A stretch of 64,000 nucleotides of DNA, from contig JAQGDQ010000276.1 of the NCBI GenBank assembly GCA_030141605.1, positions 186,001 to 250,000 on the forward strand, in the 5' to 3' direction. The notes below the pieces were generated by a model, which saw only the letters and a program-made list of their open reading frames with translations, searched no databases and was not told the origin of the DNA. The stretch comes from Tubiluchus corallicola. Lineage: Eukaryota > Animalia > Priapulida. Positions 1 through 12,667 of the stretch are shown one piece after another; within the stretch, counting starts at the first letter, position 1; each line of letters begins with the position of its first letter. A program made the position numbers and the translations under genes.

Positions 1-196
1 AACAATATACTTGATACGATAACTCGCTTAATGCCGTCAACAAAAGTTTTGCAAATGGAAGATACCATATTAGGGGTATATTTAAAGTACAGCAAAAACA
101 ATAATGATGAAAGTCGTATAAACTGCAGTTTGAAATGTATAAAATCAATGCTGCCAAATAAATTATTGATTGCGTCATTTTTCTTCTTTTAAACAG

Positions 197-3100
197 CAAT
201 ATGATTACGTCTTCAGCATAGATATAGAAGATGGAAAACCTCCTTTAAAGCTGCCATATAACATCACAGATGATCCGTGGCTTGCAGCACAAAAGTTTCT
301 GAGTGAAAACAACCTTAGTCAGATTTTTCTTGATCAAGTGGCAAATTTCATAATTGAGAATAGTAAAGGAGTTACCTTTCAGCAGCAAGCTGATAATTCT
401 GTAGTGGATCCTTTCACAGGTATGTCATATTTGCTAGCAAGCTAGTTTTGCTAGCTTTTAAAACTTCAGACTACAAAAAAATTTCTTTAGTATAACAGTC
501 ACTAAAGCTCATTCCTTTGATAGTAAAATTTTTAGGTTAGTTTGAATACATTAAAACCTCTGTGTCAATTCCTAAACTAAAGAAAAATCTTACATCACAT
601 ATTTGCCACATATTCCGAATAATCACTTTCAATGTGTGGATGTATAATCTATATACCAACATTACTTCACAGCACGTACATGCAAATACTCACAACTGTT
701 AATTCATCCCTATAAAACTATATAATTAAATTGGTAATCAGTTGTGTCTCTTTTATTTTTATTCTTATTTTGGCTATATTTATGCTTTGGAAATATTATC
801 ATGACTTAATCGTCGTCATAACATCATCGTATTAACATGTGTCATTCATGTAGTCCTCATCAACATGCTGAATTTCTAGCTTTTCCTCATTCTAGAAGAA
901 AGTGTGTGTGTGTGTGTGTGAGAGTGAGTGAGTGTATGAGAGAGATCGTTTAATGCATTTCTGTTTTGTTTCTTAAATTTCAAATTTAACATTAATCTGG
1001 GCAGCACCAACACAAGATTTTCTTCGTGGTGTTGTCCAGAGGCATATTAGGAGTCTCAATAAAAATTATATATTACTGTTTTTTTCTTTGTAAAATTTGT
1101 GTTAATTTAAAATTAATTTAATGATTTCTACATAAATTATCGTTGTATGCTCATAATAAATCTTGCAATAAATACTAAATTCTGATTCTAAAAATTCTAA
1201 GTGCATTACTTATCATTACAAAACCACATTCATATGCACATTTCAGAACAATCTGGCTTCTTTTGAGGAATGATAATATAATCTCGTCTATATTACGTGG
1301 GTCTCAAATTTTGCTTTTATTGTTTTATTTCAAACTCAGAAAGTTGGTACCAAGTACAGTGCTGCTAGCTTTGCACCAACTTGTCAGATTACCTTTACTC
1401 ATCATGTCTCTTTTTCCAACATAACTCCTAGTCTTCAAATATTTGTCAAAGTGAACAGCTGTCTTTCACAAATTTGTTGAAATGTTTCTGTTACTTGACA
1501 ACCGAATTGCTTAATGATTTTTTGTAGCAGTTGTATTATTAAGCATAAGTATTTTATGAATTACTTACGTAAAGTTTATTTGAAATAAAATAATGTTAAT
1601 AATAGGGCAATCAGAATTTAGGATACTCATAGTTTCACCTAGCAGCCATTGCTAAGTTTGTACATGTAAATCAGTGTTAAAATTATTGCTTTACTAAAAC
1701 TGATTCACGTATAAAGCATAATGCATAACTTAACTTAAAGTACGAAAGCATGACTTACATGTATTGTGGTGCTTCATAATGTATTTGACTTCTACTATCT
1801 TTTGTCAATGTAAACTATGAAAAGATGTTAATACATTTTTGCAGAAGCTTGCAGGAAAAAAGTAGTATATTACAGGTGTTTTTTGAATATTGGTATCATC
1901 TTATTTAGCTTATTGATTTTATTTTTAACAGTTAAGAATACAAATGACTGTACTGCACATGGTGTTTTTCCTAATATTTAGGTCAAAGTCGTTACATCCC
2001 TGGTGCATCTGCTGTGCCCCACCATTCTGCTCAAGTACCTGGATCAGACCCCTTCACAGGTGCTGGACGATATGTACCAGATGTTAAAATGCAGCAGGAT
2101 GCAGAGAATAGCACAGGCGAAGGTAAATTTGTATGTGTTGTCATTTTATTAGCAAATATATTTAATAGCATTAACAGTAACAGTTTTGTTTTCCTTGCCT
2201 TTTTTATAATAAAAAAAAGTCATTAATAATGCAATTAGAGCAAATTGTGCCAGACTTTTATGCTTAAAGTGAAATATTAAACTGATTGGTTTAACTATTG
2301 TGTGACTTTTTCCTGTTCTCATAGTAACACCTGATAAATTATTTTTGTAGATGTGAGCAAAGACATCACTACTGGGTCTGGTGACACACCTACATCTGAT
2401 TCATTATTTCCTCAGAAATCATACCTCAGTTTTGCTATTACAAATAGTGATCTCGTGATAAGTAAGTTTTGTGCCATAATACCAAAATCAAGTTATATGC
2501 AGTGGGGCAAACATTTATTTTGCCAGATGATGGACAGGGTTTAGTATCTCAAAAAGTGTAAGCAGTTAAGCAACCATACTTTAGTAACTTTTAATGTCAG
2601 ATGGGTTTAGATTTCAGTAGCATAGTCTAAAGGTCAAATGTCATTTAGAACTTGTCAAAAGTCAATTGTAAGAAGCTGGCAACTAAGATCTGAGTAATCT
2701 AATAGTACTAGAGTGTGAGAGAAGTGCATACAGGTGAACAGAAATATTTAGTACATGTTGGGACCAAACTTAAAATATGCAATAAACATGGTATACAATA
2801 AGCATTTTAAACCAACAAATTCTTATTGATACTTGTGCTGAGTTGTAACTAAATTCTGGTCTTAGTAGCCGTCATTGCGAGTCTGTTACAAATGTAACTG
2901 TCATTTGCAATTGTTTTTGCAAGTTTTTTTGTTGCTGACAAACAAATTGTAGAGTTTTAAGACATAGGTGTTTATTACTTATTTGCTTCATAATAAGTAT
3001 TGAACAAGGCTGTGACTTTTTTGGTTTCATTTTGCTACTACTTTTGCAAGAGCAGAGATAGAAGTAAGGACAGTCCCAATTCTGCCGATGTTGAATGTTA

Positions 3101-4992
3101 TTTGTCTGTCTGGTTTTAATTACAAAAACAATCTTAATTTTAAGATTGCAAATTTAATAAATAAAACAAGTCCACATTTATTAATTTTTTAATCAACCAA
3201 ATTTGTCAGAAGAAATGTAAAAAACAAGAAATGGACAGATAAGAACCAGCACTACTGATTTAAGTTACAGATCCTATATTCAAGCTAATAACCTAAAGGG
3301 TCTAAGACATCAAACTCAAAAACCAGTTTTTTCTTGTTCAAAACCAGTTAATTACAAAATGATTTGTTATTCCGTCATTATTCAAAAACATTTTTATTTG
3401 ATAAGCATTATCGAGTTTTTATAAGTCTGCCATAAACTTCAAATATGTGCAATTTTCTTCTTTTTTAATAAACATCTCTTGTAAATCATAACATGAAGTG
3501 TAACAATTTAGGCTACTAGTAAGGAAATTTTTTTGTTTAAGATTTTATCATATTTATGCATAAATTTTCTATTTATATGTTTGTTGCATTTTACACAACA
3601 TTAAGACAATGGCTAAAAAAATTTAAAGTGAGCCGCCACTGGAATCTTTTATACTGAAAGTGGTTGTATTCTGTTTCATAACTTTAGATAAATTTTTTTG
3701 AAAATTTGCAAGAATTTGATTACATATTTTTCATTGATTTCTGAATTGTTATTTAGTATTGAAATTGTAACATGATGCTAAAACTGTATCTGCAGCACAT
3801 AAGCATTTTTGTTATTTGTGTTTAGTAATGGAAATGATTAAAGACAGTGTTACACAAATCAGGCTTCCTTCTTCTGCTGTGCTTATTTTCTCTTTCAATT
3901 TTTTCTTGAGTGTCCAGTAGCTTGATGTGTGACTGATTGTGAAAAAATTGAAACTGTTCAATCAGCATAAAAGCTTATATGCCTTGTGTATTTTTTAAAG
4001 TAAATAAAAATATATTTGATTTCTTAGTCATTGCTTCTTTCCAAAATTTATTAACTGCAGTATTTTATTAATGTTTTTAGACAAGTTAAAGGAACTGAAC
4101 AGCAAAGTTGAAGCAAAACTACAAGTTGAAGAACACAAGCTACAAATGGATGTGACAGCTTTGATGGACACGAAGCATATTCCCACTGCTGATCAAATTG
4201 AACTCTTTGGCTTACTCCTGGAATGGCCTGATGGTAATTATATGTTTGTTTTTGAAAGTTGATTATGCAGAGGCATCACATCACTTTGACATGTTTTCTT
4301 GAATTTAGCTGATTCACCAATGTTTTTTAAGAAGTGCTATTTTAATGTTGCCAACACTACACCATTATTGTATCTTGTTTTCAGACATTTTGTTTCCAGT
4401 GCTTGACCTGCTGAAACAAGCTTTACGTAACCCAGTGATTGCTCAGCAATTCTGCAGCGAGAAACATGGTGTACAGTTTATCTCTCAGCTTCTTACGCTT
4501 GCAGAAAAGAGCAAGCCTGTTGCTAATCAGATGCTAGTGCTGCAGTGTGTATGTAATATATTTGACTTTAGCAAACAATTATTAATTGCAATCCATGATG
4601 AATGCATCAAAACCGGCATGGCATCTGCAGAGCAAAATCCAAATCAGAAGCGATTGGTGATTACTGTGTCAACATTATTATTGAACTATTCAGTACTACT
4701 ATATGATTATGCCGACGAGTCTGTGCGAAATAAGTGTTTGTTGTGTGTTGGAACTTTGTTGCAAATGCCCATATCTCAGCATTCGGAAGCAGTGTACAGG
4801 TGCCTTGTTGCATTAGGAACTTTACTGAGTGGTGATGAGTTATTGGTTGCTTGTGCACATTCACTCGAACTTGACCAAGTCGTCAGAAAATTCTTGTCAG
4901 TCAAAGATCCGGCAAAAGTTGGTGAATGTGCAAAACTAATTATTGATAAATTTCTAGCTTCTTCGGTTCATTCAATAAATAATTGTGGTTGA
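197..4992 (+). CDS. PLAA: Phospholipase A2-activating protein (PLAA/Doa1/Ufd3), 3' part (PFU and PUL domains); 5' exons lie upstream of the window
   Basis: Exons 197-419, 1982-2122, 2351-2461, 4081-4233, 4385-4992 (TGA). All introns are GT-AG and phase-1 compatible. Translation gives PFU motif YDYVFSIDIEDGKPPLKLPYNITDDPWLAAQKFL...FLDQVANFI, two DPFTG.xRY.P linker repeats, and PUL motifs KLKELN, WP.DILFPVLDLL, EAVYRCLVALGTLL, KVGECAKLI. Confidence 0.95.
902..945. repeat. (GT)n/(GA)n microsatellite in PLAA intron
   Basis: gtgtgtgtgtgtgtgtgtgagagtgagtgag... visible directly. Confidence 0.85.
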
Positions 4993-6674
4993 GGCACTTT
5001 TCAATTGTTCAATGTCTTAACCACATTTAGGATCCATTGTATTTTCAATTTCCCTAATATATAACTTTGATTCTACGTTTTAACATCGTTAAGAACAGAT
5101 TACACAGCCTATATGTAATCACTACAGCAAGACTTTTCTGAGTTGATTAATGTATTTTACATTGTCAAACTTTTCTATACTAATTTGGCTTGACCGTTCA
5201 AATTATTTGCCACACAAAGTGCTTCCCAACCTGCATTTTAAAGGTTGTGGTATAACAATTGTTCAGTTTTCCTGTGCAGTGCACAAATATTTCTACAAGT
5301 AATTCTGTTTCCTAACAAACTGTCTTGTATTTTTCTTGGTGGACTGTGTTTATTGATAACACTTCAAATCCATTCATTTTGAATGCAACGTTTCTGCAGG
5401 GTATTGAGAAGCATGGATAAAATACTTGTACAGTTGAACCTTTTTTTTTACCGCATGCTTTGGGACTGCAAAAAAAGTTGGCGTCAATCGAGTTTGGCAC
5501 TATAACGAGATGCATTAATGCATACTTGTCTGTGCCTTTTTTGTTTCGCCAAAAATATGGGCTTTATGACGAGGTTTGACAGTATATGCAAAGCCGCGTA
5601 TCTTTGCATATGCCACCTTAAAGAAGCCATTGGCACATACTTATAGTTATACATACATATTAGACAAGTACAACATTGTTCTTACTTGGAAATAATGAAA
5701 TGAATCCCACCAACTTCTCTTTACTCCCGTTCTCTCTGTTAACCTATTTAAACATTAGACAAGCAACCTGTAACCGGAAAAAGAAAGCTGTAACTGGACA
5801 AGTGAAATACTGGTAATTCAATAAAAACTAACTAGTGGCTTGACAGCACGCATGCTGGACATAGTGCAGATAAATTAACCGCCACAACACTGTGTCTATT
5901 ATTTGTGGACCTTTAAATAGTGCGTACCACCTTGAGTTTAACCTCCGAGAATTGTCAGATGAAAATTGGTCATTGAAATAGCTCACTCATGCATATGCTG
6001 TATAACTATGCGCTAAGTCATTTAGTTTCCACCCGAGTTCCTTAGCCCCTGCTTAGTTAAACCTACGTTTAAAGGCACTTTTAAAAAAAGACAAAAATAT
6101 AACAAACATTAATGCAGTCTTGTCTGTTCAGTCACTTTATTTCTTGCCACCAAATCAGTTATACAATAAGAAATTTAAATTCTCTCTCAATATTTACACC
6201 AATACCTACTTCCAAAACGTAGGCGTCTACTGAGAGTGCAACTTCCTAAAAGAAAACTAATACAGTATAATCCCCTTAACGAGTTCTTATAAGCCGTGAA
6301 AAAAATTTGCTAGCTGAAACTAGCTACATTGTTTCAGTGTATATACAAGATCAAAACGAAGCCTATAATGTTCATATTATGTAATGATGAAAGGAACACT
6401 TTCTTTTGAGACTGATACAAGTTTCTTAATTAGTGGCATTGTTCAGCAAATATTTTACCATAAAATAGAAAAATTATAGCATTCAGTCAGTTTAAGCTTA
6501 GCGTGGATAGTGGATACAAACAGGTCTGTTTTATTTAAATAGATGTACAACATGATTTATGATTATGCACATTTCAGCAGGACCTACGTTGGCTAATAAC
6601 TATGCCTAAATCTGGCTAGCCTATGACTATAGTTGTAGAAGTCCCATAAATCTAAAAAAATTGTTTGTTTTCAT

Positions 6675-6702
6675 AAGCTTTCGTCCTCTCGGACCTCATC
6701 AG
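6675..6702 (-). ncRNA. Hammerhead ribozyme core, minimal Penelope-like type, possibly degenerate
   Basis: Minus strand reads CUGAUGA-G-GUCC-GAGA-GGAC-GAAA-GCUU: both conserved core boxes, a 4-bp stem II with GNRA loop and a palindromic AAGCUU stem III. Helix I is poorly formed. Confidence 0.55.
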
Positions 6703-7187
6703 CAGACATCAATTAGATATAGCTAAGATCTTTATAGCTCAATATCTAAATAAAAATTTAACTTTAACCAAAACATGCAACTCATATGACAAGATCCTAT
6801 TTTTATACATGGGGCATCCTTGTTATTTTGACTTTTTAGATGGGCCAGCCATAAAAAGGAGCTTAGAGTGACTATATAATTATGTACAACAAACTTGCAG
6901 TATGGTCAAGACAGCTTAATAGAAATAAATTTATCTGGCAACTACTGACCTCTTCTGCACTGCAAATATGCAAAATGACCATGATAATACTCATTACAAA
7001 ATTCAATAACTAAAATTTAATCACTGCACCAAAAGCAGCAAAAATCCCAAATATGACTAATTAAACTTCATATCATTGACCTTGACAACAGAAAACAACA
7101 ATTTGCTTAAATTATATTAACTAAGTGTTAGTAACGTAACATGTTGTAAACTGTAACAAGGATGAAGATTTACACAATAAGCATACA

Positions 7188-7193
7188 TTTATT
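7188..7193 (-). promoter_or_regulatory. Candidate poly(A) signal of ELOF1
   Basis: AATAAA on the minus strand about 143 nt after the ELOF1 stop. Confidence 0.4.
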
Positions 7194-7335
7194 AGTTTGC
7201 TACTAAGGTTCGTGCTTCACATATATAGTATATACAGATAATTTGCTTGTGTTTGCATTGTTTCATTAATAGAACCTCCACGGGCTTGAATTATTAATGA
7301 AGCTCAGTTATTGTTCTGAACTCCAGCAGCAATCG

Positions 7336-10300
7336 TCACTGATTAGCAGCTTCACATGCATCAATCCAATCACTGTATACATCAACAGGTTCAGATAAAT
7401 CTAAGTTTATGTTAAAGAAATAAACATTTGACAAGGCGAAGCAAGTCATTTTTAACTTACAGCTTTACTTACCTTGCCAGCAGCACTATGATCATATTTG
7501 TCTAGTGTCTAGCATGCATAAATTATTGTCGCAGTAAAAAAACTAATACAGCAATATTACTTCACAAATGAAGCTAATAACGGTTTCGTGATTTGCAAAA
7601 CCACTTGGTTGCTGCATGCTGGGGGACAAAACTACATTAAACTACTATTTCTGTAATTATAAATAAACAGGGTTAACTGTTTCCTTTCTCCACACTTAAA
7701 AATATGTTAAAAGTAAAAGTTCTTTATCAAGCACATGGCACGTTTGTACATGCAAAAAGTTTGAAATAAAGTTAGCTAACCTAAACTCAGTTAGCATTAT
7801 TACCAGGACTAACAGTGACTGGTACCTACAATCAAGGAATATTTGGAGATCTATCAACATACAGCATAACATCATTTTAGCAAAAATGCTAGGGACCTAA
7901 AAAGTGCTCTATAACCAAGGCACTCTATAAGCACACAAGGCTAATGTATTAATGCTCAATGTATTTAAGTAATGGATGGGCAAGATGGAATGCTGCATTT
8001 ACTTTCAAATGCATTTATTATTTTTTGTTGATCATGTGTCAGAATAGTACTAACAGTACTTTTTGCCAAATTTCTTTTTTTGCAGATTACTGACGACTTT
8101 TTCCATGACTTACTTCACATATAATTTCGTATTTATCAGAAAGAGAAAACCCTGTTCATCCTATTTTCTTTACTTTGCTCAGTGAATGGCTTGCTGGTAT
8201 AGAAAAACAATGCTATTTGCATGTTACATATTAAAAAACTAGCTGGTGCCAGCCACTGAATGACTCATAACTTAAAACTAATTGTTTTTATAGAGCAGAC
8301 AAAATGACACTTCGATGCGTTAATCATATTCGCAACTCCACATATGCTGCATGCCCAAAAACTTTACAGTTACTGCAGATAACACTTGCAATAACACAGG
8401 TATTTTAATTGCTGCACATTCTGAATGCATTTTCCTATTTGCACTCAATTTTTTACTTGATATATATATATATATATATATACAAACAACCCGATCAAGT
8501 ACCGCTCCATTTCGCTAACCTTTTCAAATAATCTTTAATCTGAAACAGTGTACTGATGATATATGAGTAGTAAGTTAACAAGCTATAAAAAGTTTAAAAT
8601 AAAACATATGGTTAAAATTAATGTATGCTTTTGCAACAACCTTAAATTTTTCGTCAATTACTAAACATTATATTTATAATATTACGCTGTAATTATACAT
8701 ACCCAGTGCTTAAAGTGTGCCGGGTCTGTTAGGGTCCCAGAACCTGAAGGTACAGACCCTGCACCTAAAGAAAAAACAATGTTTTGCTGGGTCACCTATT
8801 TAGTTTTCTCACCATTCAGTTAGCTATAAGCCTATTGGTAACACATGTTAGTAAGGCAATTTCAAATGTGCAAAATTGCACTGCAGGCGATAGCAATGGT
8901 CACAAGTAGTTTATTGTACTGAATTGTTGCTACCGGCCTTCCAATCGTCATAACATGCTGGAATTAATCTTTCTTACCACTTTTCAGAAAAAAAGAAAAA
9001 AGCTTCTTGAAAAGTTGTGCACAAGAATGATGAGTTAACTCATTTTACCAGGTAGTAACTTATTTTGCTTTAGACTTAAAAAATTAGGTGGAACAAAGGT
9101 GCACTATGGAGCAACAAAATTTAGCTGTAATCAGTTGGAGTGATTTGTTTGGCAGAAACACGTCAACATGTAACTTGGAGCTAGTGCACCTTGCTGTACT
9201 TCGTTTGCTCAATTATTCCTCACAGATAAATGGTTTGAATAGGACGAGACTTTGTGCTGATAATACCTGATACCCAAAGTTCTTAAGTATTTAACCACAG
9301 AAATTGCTGGAAGAAAAGATAAAGTTTGGGAAGGAAACAATGGCCAAGAAATCAACTTATCAATGCTGCTACTTTTACACAAAAAGTAAAATCCAAAAAA
9401 AGATACAATTGATATTTGTCTGAAAATCTTCCAAACAAACTCGACAAGTGATAATTCCAGTATTACGTGTTCTGTCCCTGTAAACAAAAATTGTTAATTA
9501 ATTTCTACGTATAGATGAAAAGCAAAAAAGAATTGCTGCATAATGTTCCGGCTTATGCATTTATAAAAATTTGTAATGCACATTCGATAGTATCTATTTA
9601 CCTATAGTAACAAAATATATGTATGTCTAAAATAATGGTATTGCTCCATATTAAAAAAGACTGTCACAACGGTGCATCTAACGATACTTAATGTCAGTTT
9701 TTAATACACATCACCTCAGACAAGGAGACAAGTAATTTGAGTATGGCCATTAGGTATCAGACACTTGGATACTGGCTCATTTTGGCACCAGCACCAATAG
9801 TCCGACATGCACTGCATTTTTTTACACGATGGTCCCTTCAAGCAAGAATACGCAATGGCTTCGTCAACAAGAACAGGCCTGTGTATACTATAGTACACAA
9901 ATCACACTGCCTAATAGCTAAGCTAGCTAAAATTGTGTATGTCCTCGTTCAATGCCTGGTTACAATGCGATTTTCAAAACAGTTGAAGTTCTTGTAAGAA
10001 AAGAAATAATTACTTGTATGACCATATAAACCTAGACTTAACTAAAACTTGAAACACTTGTGTGTAAAAAAAGTGAGTGCCAACTCAGCAAAAGTAGGCA
10101 GATTGCATTAGAAACTTTGCATTACACTAGAATTAGTTAAATCTACGCATTACTTCTTTGCATAAGACCTGTGGTGGCATACACACTGCTTTTTTTTGAA
10201 AATTCATGCAGAACTAAATCAGCCGATATTCAGGTCAATAATGACAATTGGACATACAAAGAAACAGCAGAATTTTGTAAAATATCGGGGCATATCCGAT

Positions 10301-11468
10301 ACGTAATATCGGCTATCGGTCCTCTTGGACAACACTAGATTGTATAAACGGAAATAAAAAATTAGGTATTTTAATCGGTGCCCAAATTTCTCACGGCCAA
10401 GTGTTCCCATACTCAAACTTAATACCCAGATGTCATCATGCCCAATGTCCCATGCCCATATGTCACTTACCCACAAATAAGGCTAGTGGCCACACTTTAA
10501 GTGTTACAGTAAGAACATGTGAATACATATACAGAGAATATAACCAATTTGCTAATAATAAACTTGTGCTTCTTAAAACAAATAAAATTGTAGTTAGGGT
10601 GGAGAATTCCACAAATACAAAGTCAAAGAGAAAAAGCTCGATTTCTAAGCACAGCTCTATTTTGCATAGATCTAGGAATGTCCAGGACAATGCTATGAGA
10701 GGAGAGAATATCTTCCACAGAAGTGTAGCAAACGCTAGCCTTTGGTGAGCAGCAGACTGCAGAGTTAACCACAAATCAGACCAACAAGAATGGCAGTGCC
10801 ATTTTGAAATCTGTCAAGTGGGGATAAAAGTAACAAGTTGAGGTACCAACCAAAATGCGACTGCAATATTCCACGCAAAGTTAATTAGCTAATTTGTAAA
10901 AATAGAGTATAGCATCAGGAGGCAGATGCAATGATTTTGAGCACAATGCAGGCCTCCCATTTTTAATGCGAACTTCTTAGCCACTCCTATCAGATATTTC
11001 CCCCAAGGTTGGAATACAAGTCAAAGCCAACAGCAAGTGAACATAAGACTCACTGGAAAGAGAACAAACACACATCTAGCAGGCAACCTAGCATTACTAT
11101 AACAAAAAAAAATCGTACAAGATATGCCTTCCTCCTGTTAAAGGTGACAAGTCACAGTTGAGGTCCAAGTTCAAAGCTAATTTAAAGGTCCTTTTCAAAT
11201 GTCTTAAAAGATGTTTTTAAACAGTAAATACTTGTCCGTTGGGACATTGAAATATGTATATTAAATTCCTTTCCTTGTGAAATTTATTATTCAACGATGA
11301 AACATGATAAAACTGACAAATCATAAGGACAAAATACAAAATGTAAACTCACATTTTCACTTCACATGCTTTCTCATGATTACAAAATGGACAAGTAAAT
11401 TGTGTGTCCAAAGGCTGGATGGTCTTCCGCTGTGTTGGAGCCTTTCGCTTACTGCGTCTCCGACCCAT
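7336..11468 (-). CDS. ELOF1: Transcription elongation factor 1 homolog (ELOF1/Elf1), 83 aa, zinc ribbon
   Basis: Minus-strand exons 11468-11353, 9477-9407, 7400-7336 (252 nt) give [83 protein letters not shown]. This closely matches the known ELOF1 sequence, including both CxxC pairs and the C-terminal [16 protein letters not shown]. An acceptor at 11506-11507 implies a 5' UTR exon further upstream. Confidence 0.97.
7401..9406 (-). other. U12-type (minor spliceosome) GT-AG intron of ELOF1
   Basis: 5' splice site GTATCTTTT (U12 consensus GTATCCTT). Branch motif TTCTTTAAC (7419-7411; consensus TTCCTTAAC) lies 10 nt before the exon, with no polypyrimidine tract (ATAAACTTAG). Confidence 0.85.
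8459..8482. repeat. (TA)n microsatellite
   Basis: tatatatata... run visible directly. Confidence 0.85.
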
Positions 11469-12667
11469 CTCACTCACAGAAATGGTTCCAAAATGTTATT
11501 TTTAACTAAAAAAGGAAACTCACAGAGTTCAAAACACCATTTTGAAAACCAGGTGGTTTAACTCTTGTGGATAAATAAATTTATTTTACCAAAATTGCTC
11601 GGAAATGTAAAACTGCTATTAGTGGCAGCTCTGTTTATTTTCTTTAATTTCTTTTGCTTCTAGATAATGCACGTTATGTAAAAACTTCCTGCATAGTTAG
11701 AAATGCATTGCTTACCTTGCTCATTTGCTGATGATTATTTACTTGAATAGGATGCTAGTTGTATTTTAGCCTAATTACATTTTGTTTGTTTTTTTGCATG
11801 AGTTCCATGGTTTACTTTACTGATTGACTCTTTTTGCTTGTGCTTCTGCTGCTTCATGTTATTGCATTTCATTCATAATAAATATGCATCACTTACAATC
11901 TTATTATCTATGCTAAATAAGGATGTTTTGACATGATGGGCTGTTTTGGTCTTTCACTGTCCTTTTCATTTTTTAATTATTTAATAGTGTAAATAAATTA
12001 TCGTGTTTGGGCATATGGAAGCAAAATACATTTGAACCTTGAAAAATCAGGTGGAACTCTGACAGTGTGCATGACTAAAACTTTATTATATTTAGATCCT
12101 ACTTCTAGATTAAAATAGTTAAAATAGCTATTGCTTTACAACACTAAACAATTGAATTAGGCCTAGCAAGTAGCATTTTTAGATTCACATTCCAATTGGG
12201 GCTTTCAAACTTCTAAGCAGAAAAATTAAGGAACATTACAATTAATATACCGATGTCTTCTATTTAGATAATCACGGACTTTTCTTATTCATTCAGTTAT
12301 TTAATGCTACAGATATAATTAATACTAACAAAGTAATACTAATAAAGTAATAGTAATAAAAACACACGCTATATAAACTACGAAATAAATCTGAACTAGT
12401 TTTTATAGTAGAACTGTATTAGTCTCATAAATGCCTCTTGAATACGGTTATGTGAGGATGATTCTATGATACTAATCGAATTTACTAACTTTTTATGTAA
12501 GTGTTTTTGTTATTTGCAGAACAAACAAGCCTGAAAATATCATGCGCAACTTGAAAATTTTGACGTGCCAAATGACCATGACCAAAATTTTATAATTCCT
12601 GTCCTTCACAACGACTCGTTTACTTTAACAAACTCATGAATTAAAGAATTAATGAGTTAGAAACTTA

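Noticed and set aside
9088-10774. Several 60-115 aa ORFs on both strands (e.g. 9209-9487, 10401-10748, 10463-10774)
   Set aside because: They lie in ELOF1 introns or overlap its exon 2 in the wrong frame; no recognisable motifs
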